From: Eledone cirrhosa
Lineage: Eukaryota
Direction of reading: 5' to 3'
Assembly (NCBI GenBank): GCA_964016885.1
Contig: OZ024756.1
Location: forward strand, 40,114,001-40,178,000
DNA: 64,000 nucleotides
The notes under the pieces are model-generated. The model was not told where the DNA came from, made no database searches, and was given only the letters and a program-made list of their open reading frames with translations. Positions 1 to 11,710 of this stretch are shown here, in pieces; within the stretch, counting starts at the first letter, position 1; the number at the start of each line of letters is the position of its first letter. Both the position numbers and the translations under genes were made by a program.

Positions 1-262
1 AACCCTTCAAGACTATAATTTTAAAAGCATTGATCAGAGATGACCCAGATAAACCCTTCAAGACTATAATTTTAAAAGCATTGATCAGAGATGACCCAGA
101 TAAACCCTTCAAGACTATAATTTTAAAAGCATTGATCAGAGATGACCCAGATAAACCCTTCAAGACTATAATTTTAAAAGCATTGATCAGGGATGACCCA
201 GATAAACCCTTCAAGACTATAATTTTAAAAGCATTGATCAGAGATGACTTAGATAAACTCTT
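1..262. repeat. 51-bp minisatellite, at least 5 copies, in a HYOU1 intron
   Basis: Unit AAACCCTTCAAGACTATAATTTTAAAAGCATTGATCAGAGATGACCCAGAT, near-perfect. Confidence 0.95.
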
Positions 263-336
263 CAAGGCAATAGTATAACGGTTTCTTTTAAAAAGATAAT
301 TTTGAAAAAATAAAAGTATTTGGAAAGATTACTCAC

Positions 337-3300
337 CGTTTCACAGCTTTCTGCAGATTTTCCTGAACTTTCGGAATACGAGTTCCACCTCCAAATAAGA
401 TGACATCTTTTATTTCCTCCTACAAACAAAACAGATTCAAAAGAGTTATTCCACTAAAATTAAACAATATACAAAGCAAAGTTAACTCTTTGTGCACTTA
501 AAACATATAGGTGTGTCTTTCATCTCCCACTTTTTATGTAGCTGAAACATAATGATCTTTTATCTCCCACCTTTTGTGCCAAAAATGTACTGATACATCT
601 ACCTCCCTTTCCTTATGTGTTATTACAACCCAATACCTTAACCACTAGGCCATACACTCTTTCATTGTGGTCAAAGGTCCAACACCCTTACAACTAGGCC
701 ACACACCGTCACTGTGGTCAATAAAATACATAAAAAATAGTGCTAAGGAATGAATTTTTTAAAAAGCTTACCAATGTTATTTCAGAGAATTCTAAAGCTT
801 TCTTAATTGGCATGGCAACTCTCTCAAATAGATCAGCATTAAGTTCTTCAAAGATTCTTCGAGTTACTTTGATACGCATGTCCTGATTGTCTATCAGATT
901 CTCGATTTGAGCGTAATGTTCTGTATTAGCACTGAGAACCATCTTTACACGCTCAGCTTCTTTAAACAGTTTTGCCATACTACGCTGGTTCTTGAAGACA
1001 TCCTGGGAGGTGAGTTTTTTCTTGTTGAATTCTTTAGCAAGATGGTCTCTGAATCGTAGAGTCATTTCAAGACCGCCAAGTCTATTATCAAATCTGCAAA
1101 ACAAAGCAAAATGTCTATATAATATATATAAATATATCAGAAACCAGAACATTATTCTATGAGAGTTCCTTATACTCTGAAGAAGGGAATTTTAAGTCCC
1201 GAAATATTAGGTCGAAAGAAACAAAAAAGATTATCAGGTAACTAAGGTTTTCGTTGCCCTCATCTTACAGTCCATTTCGTATTGTTTAGCCTTATCACAT
1301 ATATATCACTTTCCACATTATGATCAATAAATCAACTTACGCTACTCCATGTATGGTTAGTTGCGGGTTCACCTCAGCACGAGAATCTTCCTTACTTTGA
1401 GTAAGAACGTACCCTAGAAAATAAATACATTAAAATGTTTCAGTCACCCTTCAAATATAAACAAGTAACAACTCAAAACAACTATTCCAAGACTTTTGAG
1501 GCTTCATTTCCACTGGGACCTCTTTGTATATCTTCAGTCAATGATCATCATCCATACACATCCCATGTTCATCCTACACTATCTTCAGCCAGTGACCATT
1601 ATCCATACACATCACATGTTCATACTAGTACTATCTTCTACCCTGCACACTGTATCCGATTTCTCTTACACCCAGTTTTTCTCAGTTAATTCATGCGTCA
1701 TCAACCATGCACACTAACATTACACATCCAATAGAGCATGCTCAATTCATTTGTTTCCAGCCTTTGCCTATCTTCAAACAAAACAAAAAATAAAACAACT
1801 TAATTCACTGACCAACAACACTGACAGTTGTGGAGCTGGCTCCCATGTCATAGAATATAATATATTGTGGTTTGTTGCTGAAATCTTTTCGACGGAATAC
1901 TCCATAATTCAAGGCAACTGTAATGAGAAATATTTTCAATTAACTTCTGGAAAGAGTTATTTGCCAAAAAAAATCAGATCCTTCAACAGAATCATTTAAC
2001 AAATCTACAAATAATTCTTTCTAGCATTGCTGGCACATGGCCAGCAGTTTGAGGGAAGGGGAAAAGTTGATTAGAAAATAATAACAAAAATTATTGTGTA
2101 CAGTGCTCAGGTGCACTACAACTCAACAAAGGTGCATATATAAAATACATAAAATAACGTATAAATGTCAAGAAAGTGAACAGTGTATGAGTCATGATAT
2201 AATATCGCCACCAGTCTTTAACTGGTACTTTATTTTATCAACCACTAAAGTAATAATAGTTTTAATTTTTAGTAAATAATAATAATAATAATAAAAAGCC
2301 AAAAAAATGCCTCATCGAGGTAGTTACCTGCAGCATTGACACTCATCAGTTGTAATAAATTAAGACCACCAATGTGAACAGCTTCTTTAACAGAGTTACG
2401 TTCTGCTTGGTTGAAGTGGGCTGGGACTGTCACCACAACATCTTTAATAGTTTGTTCTGTCAAAGAAATAAACATTATTGTCAACATCTACAGATCATTT
2501 AGATCTAATGATATATATATAAAATCTGGTTGGTGTTAGGAAGGGCATCCAGCTGTAAAATCCCTGGCCAAATTTACAGTCCTCGTCAGATCAAGGTACA
2601 GCGTGGCCAATTCTGGCCAGACTTGTCTCCTGGTGTGGACAACCAGTCTAACCCATGCAAGCATGAAAAAATGGACACTAAACAATGATGATGATATATA
2701 TATATATATGATATAATATATGCATATATGATGTATATAATATATGCATATATGATGCATATAATATATGTATATATGATGCATATAATATATGTATATA
2801 TGATGTCTATAAAATATGTATATACGATATATATAATATATGTATATAATATGTATATATGATGTATATACGATATATATAATATATGTATATACGATAT
2901 ATATAATATATGTATATATGACGTATATATGATGTATATAAAATATGTATATACGATATATATGTATATATGATGTATATAATATGTATATATGATGTAT
3001 ATAAAACATGTATATACGATATATATAATATATGAATAGCCATGTGTATCCCCAATATTACACTGCAGAACAACATGGAGTGTATGAACAACATGTGGTT
3101 CACCCTGATCCGTAGTCGTGGACCATTACAACCTGTCAAACCTATACCAACAGGGAACAGAGACAAATAATAATGATGATGATGATGATACTTATTATTA
3201 TTATTACTGAAGAGGAGGAAGCAAAAAACAACAAAAACATATAAGAAATGCTAATTACCAGCAAAATTCTCTGCCAACATTCTGCAATATTCCAAGAGCA

Positions 3301-3453
3301 TCCCGACCAGTTCTTCAGTACTGTAAGAGGTTTCCCTGTAAAAAGATATTTTTTTAAATGGTAGGTTGAAAAGAGGGGCCCTTTAAATCTGCAGATTTGG
3401 ATGGGCAAAAACTGATTCCTTTCTTAAACAGAGACTATGGCCTTAAAATACTT

Positions 3454-3520
<67 letters not shown>

Positions 3521-5756
3521 GAGAGAGAGAATAGTTTAGTGGAAACACTGTGAAATATGTTAAAATTCTTTTAAGAAATCCAGTAAAATGTAAATTAGAA
3601 ATAAAAGAAGTGAAAATGTTATCACATACTCATCTATTTTAAAAATAACAGTGCCTCTCTCTTCATCTTTGACTAGAGTATAGAAGGGAAAGCGTTCTTG
3701 AAAAAGCTTCACAGCCGGGTCATCAAACTGCTTACCAATTATATCCATCAGGTAAAAATAAGCCTTCACAGGTATTTTCACTTGCTACAACATTAGAAAT
3801 AATAAAAAAAACAATGTTACAGTTATGTAAATTAGATCACTGAAATTTCAGATAGACATAATGGTTCAAGTGAATTTGATAAACAAAAATTATGTGGGAA
3901 CTCATTTTATGTTTGTGTGTGTGAGCATGTGTGTTTATGTCTATGTGGAAGCTTATCGTATCTATATGTGTGAGTGTGTGTGTGTGTTTATGTGGAAGCT
4001 TATTGTATCTATTTATAATAATCAAAGTATTAAGTTCCACACTTATTTTTTCTGTTAATCTCCAAATGTCACCATCCCACATACACTTCTCTACAACACA
4101 GAACACCCCAAAAAATATCAAAAACAGAATCTTACTGTTGATAGAGCCATATCAGAAAAATGCCTCTCTTCTTTAAATGCAATAAGTGTAGGAGTTCTTC
4201 TTTTGGATTCTCTGGAAAAAAAAAAATTTAGATATCAACTCTTAACACACTGAACCACATTAACAAGACATTCTCAAAAACTACAAAACAGCACTATGAC
4301 TGCATCACATTAAATATTGACATCCTTATGTAAAAATTGCTTATAGTCATAAGAAAATATACATTTTGGCATTTTTGTGAATTTACTGACATATTCAGAG
4401 TTTCTGTGTATCTTGTGGGAGCATGTGTCTGCTTCTAGAAAGTTCTTCAACACAGTGCAGGCAAAAGTAAGGTTCTTTTTTGTGTGTAATATTCCCAATG
4501 AAAGACACTATGTTTCATCACCATATTTCTAATGAAAGACACTGCCAGTGTGTTTCAATTAATTTTGATGATAATCTAAGATTTAGGTGTTAAGAAAATA
4601 AGTTTTCTAGTATTAATCTGTTCTTACATAAAATTATGGTGAAAGCTTTAGCATAATTAAGAACACTTTAAAATAGGAAGGTTTATATAATAGAACTAGG
4701 GGTAGTTTGGCATCAAGATATATAAAAAATATATATGTAGCAAATAATTTTGTTTAGAAGTTATATCTATTCATTTATTTATATATATATATAAGATGAA
4801 AAAAAGTAGCCTTACAGATTTAATACTATTTCCATGGGTACTCCTGGCTGCAGAAATAAATAGAAAATAGAGTTATAAATCAAAATTACAAATACACATA
4901 TGAGAGAATTCAACAAATAGACACACAAAAGAGAAAGGGAGAAAAGAAGTACCACATATATTCATGCAGAAATCTCACCTCCATTTTAAATACGTTATAT
5001 ATTTTGAATTGATGTTTTGTAGAGACAAACAGGTAAGTCATATGGTGGTTTTTCATGGAAAAAGAGCAACTTAAACATGAATATATATTTTATAAAATGT
5101 GGAAAAATGGACGTTAAATGATGATGATGATATTTGTAACTCAATAAGCCAGCCTTGTCATGCCTTGTGTCATGTTAAATCTCCATGAGAAATATGGTAA
5201 GAGTACATATGTCTGTGGACTGCTGAGGCACTTACATGTGAATTTCATGAGCAGGCTGTTCTGTTAATTGAATCAACTGGAACACTTGTCAGAAACAGTA
5301 GATAACCAACAAGATATAGAGCACCAATACATCTCTTTACAACCAACAACATATAAAGTATCAATACATACCTTTACAATGCCAATCTTCATATAATTGG
5401 AGCCCAAATCTACAGACATCACAGCAATGCTCTCTAGAAAAGAAGATAGAAAAACCAAATAAATATGATAGGTAGTAGCATGTATTCCTCCTAACAGGCA
5501 GTGTTAATATAGCTTAGCTGAGCAAAGTGTGTGGAAATATATGAGAACAACCCTCTCGCTCCTTCCAACTGTCGCATCCTGGATATTCCCACTGGAGGAT
5601 CGACACTTTTACATGAGTGAAGTGAATATATGGTATTCCCCGCCACCCTCACCATCAAAAGGATTAAATGGAGGTATATTTACCTGAGAATTTAACATGG
5701 GTGGAGACAAACAAAACTGTTAATAGCAGGGTGGATAGAAACTGTTGCCAGGACAT
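337..5756 (-). CDS. HYOU1: Hypoxia up-regulated protein 1 (GRP170/ORP150, ER Hsp70-family nucleotide exchange factor), 5' part; gene continues beyond the left edge
   Basis: Phase-consistent GT-AG exons (minus): 5684-5756, 5372-5433, 4816-4847, 4136-4211, 3630-3784, 3259-3335, 2328-2456, 1813-1917, 1341-1413, 772-1093, 337-419. Translation: signal peptide [26 protein letters not shown], then [115 protein letters not shown], all characteristic of GRP170. Confidence 0.95.
1171..1212 (+). ncRNA. Partly degenerate minimal hammerhead motif in a HYOU1 intron (antisense to the gene)
   Basis: CUGAAGA A GGGA-AUUUUAAG-UCCC GAAA UA UU AGG; palindromic AAUAUU helix III; helix I only about 2 bp. Confidence 0.5.
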
Positions 5757-5837
5757 GATGGATAGAGTTGGTTCTGAAATAGAGAGAAATACAGACATTA
5801 ATAACTTACAAGTCATAATATACCTTTGATGATGACC

Positions 5838-6030
5838 ATACTATTTTACACAGCTGTAAGTGTGTAGTGGTTATTTTACACAGCTGTAGGTGTGTGAGTG
5901 ATGATGTTATTTTACACAGCTGTAGGTGTGTGAGTGATGATGTTATTTTACACAGCTGTAGGTGTGTGAATGATGTTATTTTACACAGCTGTAGGTGTGT
6001 GAATGATGTTATTTTACACAGCTGTAGGTG
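5838..6030. repeat. 29-32-bp minisatellite
   Basis: Unit TGATGTTATTTTACACAGCTGTAGGTGTGTGA(G/A). Confidence 0.9.
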
Positions 6031-6299
6031 CAGGTGTATGATTGAAAAATTCACTTCAGCAGTTCTCATCAAATTTCTGGTAATGTGACTGTAAAAAAAA
6101 CATCATCATCATCAACTTATTATTATGAAGCTGCTGTGACCCTTAAAAATGTTCAAATGTTTCCATAAAAAATGACATGGTTATGTAAGAGATTCTCATA
6201 AGTAGTTGTTTAGCCCCAGGTCAGACATAAATGAGCAGATCTGTGATCTAAGCTGTTCCAGTTGCAACAATTCAATCTTTTCTTTCATTCTTTTACCAA

Positions 6300-6510
6300 A
6301 CATTTTTCAAGGAGATTTAGCTGCCAAGCTCATAGATGTTATCCAGCTATCTTGCTTGGGGTCTACCCCTGGGTCTCCTACCTGTTGGTTTTGCCTGTAA
6401 AATCTGTCAAGTGATTCTTTCCTGAGACATCCTAACCACATGTCCATAGTATTGGAGCTGTGATCTATCAATTCAGTGAAATAACGGCTCTACCAGGAAT
6501 GACTCTCTGA
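6300..6510 (-). mobile_element. Degenerate RTE LINE 3' fragment
   Basis: Minus strand gives IDRSQLQYYGHVVRMSQE..ILQAKPTGRRPRGRP with stops; related copies at 51350-51620 and 54150-54345. Confidence 0.75.
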
Positions 6511-8033
6511 TCTCAGTACTACACACACACAATTGAGTAACATTATTTCATCCTTACGGGGTCGATAAAATAAAGTACCAGTAATACACTGGAATAATTG
6601 CTGGCCTTGTGCCAAAAGTAGAAACAATTATTTCAAAGAATTGAGTATATTTTTATTTATTTCAAATTGATAAACTTACATATATGCTGCATTTAATTAT
6701 ATTTCGTATAACGAATACTCGTTTTTTTTTTCTACGAAACACACACTACCCACTGTCTAATACACACACGGCTCTCTTTTTATACACAAAACTATTAGTC
6801 AACACACACACATACACATTGTTCATCGTTTGTAAACACAATTATACTTTCATTTCAACATATGCCATTTATTACAGAAAACTTATGTTGAGCAGACACC
6901 TTGTTTCAGTCACCTTCGGTTTGTTTCGTGTGCATACACATATACATACATATAGACATATACACCCACACATATGTACAACAATAGTGGGTATACACAC
7001 ATACACACCTGAAGAACAATCGAGATACAGCTGTCTATACAACAGATTCAGATTCTCACAACTACAAGCACACGGGGTCGTTTAAGCCCACTAGAAATAG
7101 CAGCTAAAAATCCCTTAAAAAAAAAAACGGACAGCTACGATTGGAACACTTTTGATGAAACAGGTCAGTTTAGCCACTAGGACTGACTGACCAGGGGCTA
7201 AACAACGACAACAGGCGTGTGGTAACCAACAGCTGTGATCCATCACAGTAAAAGGAAAGAATCTGCCGAGTAGATTGAATTACACGGAGGAGTTAAAGTC
7301 CAAGAGAAAGACGGAGCGGGAGAGCGAGTGAGATAGAAAGAGTGAAGGTGAGAGAGGGTGAGAGAGTGAGAGAGAGACACAGAGAGAGGTGTAAAAATGA
7401 CGGGGGATAAAAAGATAATTTAGGTGACATTTGAAATGTTAAAAACGATCAAGGTGTTAGCAAGAGAAAATATAAGATGATAGAGTGAGGTTGCTCCGGT
7501 AGTGGTTATATTGTCGATATATATATAGTATATATATATGGTAATATTGGGGTTTTCCAATATAGTTCCTGGTAAAAATGAGAGAGGGTGCTTCTATGTG
7601 TACGTATGAATATAATATATATAATTCAATTATTTTGGCTATTCTCAGAATGAATGGTAACTTACATCGTAATATTCTAAAAGAAAGAAAGGTTATGTTT
7701 GTAGGAGAAGGTTTTAATTAGTTGGATCTTATTTACACGAATTTTTTGGTCGGGGGTTAGCTCTATTATAACAGTTCTAATAATTAATAATTAAACAGGA
7801 ATTTTATAACAGCGCTAATAATTATACAGGATTGTTATAACAGGTTTAATTGTTACACAAAGCCGTCGACGACATGTCAACATGGAACAATTAGGTTTTT
7901 AATGTTTTGTATGAAATATGTATTGCTTCCGTCCATTGCGTCTTGATAGGAAACGAATGAACTGTTTCTGGGAGTGAAGTATATTTAACAAAGGCCCAAG
8001 CTGAGCGTGGGACTTTCTTAAATAATCGAACCA

Positions 8034-8079
<46 letters not shown>

Positions 8080-8082
<3 letters not shown>

Positions 8083-8280
8083 CAGGAGGGATTCAGTTTG
8101 AAACTGGTTAGACCAATACTCACCAAAGTACTCCATACTCGGGGTAGTAGAGTATGGTTATATTATAAAGAGTCGGGAGCCCGATGGCTGAGCTCTTGCC
8201 GTTTCAACAGCTTGTTCCAGACAGGAACTAACAGTTGAAACGACAAGAGCTCAGCCGTCGGGGTCCCGATTCTTTATAAT
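8080..8280 (+). mobile_element. (TA)n-inserted foldback element (family also at 11569-11710 and 50830-50945)
   Basis: Shared segment resembling ACCATAACGCACCA(A/G)AGTACTC.ATACT..GG.TAGTAGAGT followed by a long imperfect hairpin (8162-8280). Confidence 0.65.
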
Positions 8281-8761
8281 ATATATGATTCGATTATTTC
8301 GGCAACTGTCAAAATGAATAAAAGCTACTATTACTACACACTATTAATATTAAAACTTCTAAGATAAAACGGAACGGCTTACCTGTACAGGTAAGGGTTA
8401 AATTAGTTTGTGTTGTGTATAGTTATATTTATTCTTCTCTAACTGTTTACCTGTGTTGGTGAGATCTTCCCATTATAGCATAGTTATATAAGGAACTATA
8501 AAGAACTGCAAGATAACACCATAACAGTCACTGTTACCATATTTTTAATATTTACCGTCCAATACACATTGTTGGTAGCTTTCAAACAAAACACTATCCT
8601 CTACTGCAGAGTTATTATTATAAGGACTAATATGTAATAAATATAACATATAAAAGAAACCGGACCCGAAGTCATCAGACATCGCGTCTTAAAATATAAA
8701 GAAAGAATATTTCAGGTAGAAAATAATATCTCTAAAGACGACCGACACTTGGTAGGAGCGT

Positions 8762-8800
<39 letters not shown>

Positions 8801-8838
8801 TTAAGCTTGTTGAATCCCAACAAATTAAATATAACCTC

Positions 8839-8888
<50 letters not shown>

Positions 8889-9212
8889 TACATATATAGG
8901 TAGGTATTAAACACTATATATATAGATAAATGTAATTTCAGCAAGATCGAATTTAATACACACCCAGATATATAGAGGTAGGCATCAAACCACTATTATA
9001 TATATGTTTTCGAGGATTCTGTTTTTTTTAAGGAGGGGGGATTTCTCGAAAGTTTAACTGAACATTATTAAAGGTTAATGTATAAACCACGAGATTAAAT
9101 ACATACATGTGTGATTGTAGAAAGATCTAATATATACATCTATGTATGTATGTATATAGAGTGAGTGAGTGAAACTAAGCAAATATTATTAGAGTAATAT
9201 AGTAGATCTTAC

Positions 9213-9310
9213 CGTGGTTATGCCTAAGTGAGACTGTAATAGTTATTATGAGAGGGTTTAGTTAAGTGCTCCCTGCTTCAATCTATTCCTCTCTCTATCA
9301 ATGGCAATGT
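9213..9310 (-). other. Probable non-coding first exon of HYOU1
   Basis: Minus-strand donor CG|GTAAGA at 9212, immediately downstream of the ERSE-containing promoter. The ATG exon has an acceptor at 5774-5775 with only 17 nt of UTR, so an upstream exon is needed. 5' boundary approximate. Confidence 0.55.
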
Positions 9311-9327
9311 GATCAAACATGCAATCA

Positions 9328-9346
9328 TGTGGCGTATTCCTATTGG
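9328..9346 (-). promoter_or_regulatory. ER stress response element (ERSE), CCAAT-N9-CCACA
   Basis: Minus strand reads CCAAT AGGAATACG CCACA: exact 9-nt spacer, variant of the CCAAT-N9-CCACG consensus (NF-Y plus ATF6/XBP1), upstream of an ER chaperone gene. Confidence 0.75.
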
Positions 9347-9989
9347 TCAGGACCGGTAAGTGCCGGCTTACGTTAACGACTGCTATATCTATGGAAGCAC
9401 AGTAGCACAACTATTGATTAGATCGTTGAGAATGTTGTTATGCATTTAACACGTTTTAGTTGAATTAATTATATCATGTTTGCAATAAAAAGACAATAAA
9501 AAAAAAAAATGAAAATAAGGGAGCGGAGGACGCTACACCCCAGTTAAGATGTATATTTCAGCTGCGGCCCACGGCGAACAAATAAATGACATCAGTGGGA
9601 TTTGAAATTAGATTATAGAAAGTTTAAATCTTGCCAAGTTCAACGAAATATTGACGATGATGGTAATGATGGTAATGATGTTAATAATAATAATGGTTTC
9701 TGATTTAGGCACAAGGCCAACAATTTTTGGGGAGGGGAAAGTCGACCTCATTATGTTACAGGTACTTTATTTTATCGACCCCGTTAGGATGAAAGGCAAA
9801 GTTAACCTCGGCAGGATTTGAACTCAGTTAATGATAATAATAATGGTTTCTGATTTAGGCATATATATATGTGTGTGTGTGTGCGTGTGCGTGTGCGTGT
9901 GTGTAAAAGGTAAACAGAAATAACAACACAATCGGTACAGTATATGGAAGGGATATATTAGGTTAACGCTTGATATAACAGGAAGAGGG

Positions 9990-10025
9990 TCTTAACGTTT
10001 CGGACGCTAGTCCTTCATCAGAAGA
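9990..10025 (-). ncRNA. Minimal type I hammerhead ribozyme motif (Penelope-like element type)
   Basis: Minus strand UCUU CUGAUGA A GGAC-UAGC-GUCC GAAA CG UU AAGA: intact core, 4-bp helix II, palindromic AACGUU helix III, 4-bp helix I. Confidence 0.75.
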
Positions 10026-11350
10026 AAGAATGAGAAATAAGATAGATTGGGAGGACGGGGGGGGGGGGGGTATATTGGAAAATGTGTGAAATCCTTGTTA
10101 CAGTTAGGTATATTGGAAAATAGGAAAAGAATGACTTCACTTGTAGTTATAAACAATTTGATTTAATTTTATAATATTATAATATTATAAAATTAAATGA
10201 AATTGTTTAGAACTACAAGTGAAGTCTTTCTTTTCCTTTTTTCAAATATATATATAATATGTTTTGTATTTTTGTTACATCTATATTAAATGTTTGCATG
10301 CCCATGCACACTCAAACTTAATTCTTGTAGGGATATTGTGAAATTTTCTTGCGCGACTAGTTGAGGTGACGGAATAGTTTACGGACTGCAACAGCTTAGA
10401 CTGAAAGAGGCTCGCGGGTTAAAACGAATTAGCAGATGCATTTGCTACACGCAATTGCATAGAAAGCCGATAGCTTTGTTTCAATCTAGTCACACATTCC
10501 CAACTCACTCCAACATAGGTAGAGTAACTCATGACTACATTTGAGATCTCATGCCAGGAAGGAACTGACATAAAGTGCAGGAAGTGGTCAATTGTAGCAT
10601 TGTAGGGAGAAGTGGAAAAGGGGACACTATATAGGATGGTCTACCTACAAAGTGTCCGACTTGTAAATCCTATTCACTGTGGGATTGAACCCGGAACCAC
10701 GAAGTGGGATTCACCACCACACCGCCAACTAAGCCCGTTTCTAGCCACCACCGTTATGGGCCACGCTAATATTATCTAAACTTTGAATTGGTAGAGCGTC
10801 AATCAAAATGTTCTCAGCTATCACCAAAAAAAAAACCCCCAAAAAATGGTCTAATTATATTTATAGTTTAGTTGATGTTCCATACATAATTCAGTGGCTC
10901 CAGCAAGTTAATATATAGTTTTTTGAACTGCGAAGGCCTCTTACGTGGCCTTACACAATTTCACAAGCAGACGATCACTGACAGTATGATCAATATTTTA
11001 ATTGTGTCATTAGAAAGCTTACATTTTTCTTTCTTTCTTTCACACTTACCGGCCATATTTTACTCAAAGCCTTATGTTGTTATGTTTTTCTTTTTGAATC
11101 TAAATTATGATGAAAGTGTTCTCCCCCCACCCCACCCTATGTCCGGATGAACACGTGTATTACACACACAGAAACACGTGTATGTATATACATATTTTTG
11201 TGAAAACCTTTGCTGTTATCATTCATTATTATTATTATCTGATGAAACAATTTCTTAAGCTGACATCAAGTTATGATGTCACACACATACACATATATAC
11301 GTGTATGTACACAAATATACATACATAAGTGTGTATATATCTATATATAT

Positions 11351-11419
11351 AATATAGAAAAGCTTCTACAGGACTAGAACTGTTTCATTCGTGAGAAATC
11401 CTCAGGAAGCTTCTATATT
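11351..11419 (-). ncRNA. Type I hammerhead ribozyme motif inside inverted arms
   Basis: Minus strand AAUAUAG AAGCUUC CUGAGGA U UUC-UCAC-GAA U GAAA CAG-UUCUAGUC-CUG UA GAAGCUU UU CUAUAUU: intact core, GUA triplet, 7+7 bp helix I. Confidence 0.7.
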
Positions 11420-11568
11420 AAATATTTATACTCTGCCTTGTATTGAGTACCTTACTTACTGTGGTTACCCCTGATTGAACCCGGGATAAACATATATATA
11501 TATATATATACACATACATGTGTACACTATACATATATATGTACACTATACATACATACATATATATA

Positions 11569-11710
11569 TAGGAACAAGTAAGACCCCGACGGCTGAGCTT
11601 AAGCCGTTTCGACGGGGTCTTACTTGTTCCTATTACCCACTCTACTACCCTAAGTATTGAGTACTTTGGTGCGTTATGGTCCACCTGGTTCCTTACCACA
11701 TTTCCTTCGT
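11569..11710 (-). mobile_element. Second copy of the foldback element
   Basis: Perfect arms TAGGAACAAGTAAGACCCCG/CGGGGTCTTACTTGTTCCTA enclosing GAAA-CGGCU..AGCCG-UC on the minus strand; same flank as 8100-8160 and 50845-50905. Confidence 0.65.

Noticed and set aside
1-278. CRISPR-like array / 82-aa repeat ORF
   Set aside because: Head-to-tail identical 51-bp units with no unique spacers, inside a eukaryotic intron; the ORF is open only because 51 is divisible by 3.
2536-3166. ORFs rich in Y/I/H/C (also at 17418-17897, 19325-19728, 40602-41015, 60775-61185)
   Set aside because: Translations of TA/CA microsatellites and minisatellites.
10395-10435. CTGAAAGA...AAAACG hammerhead-like string
   Set aside because: Core spacing is wrong, GAAA is absent and the stem is mostly G-U.
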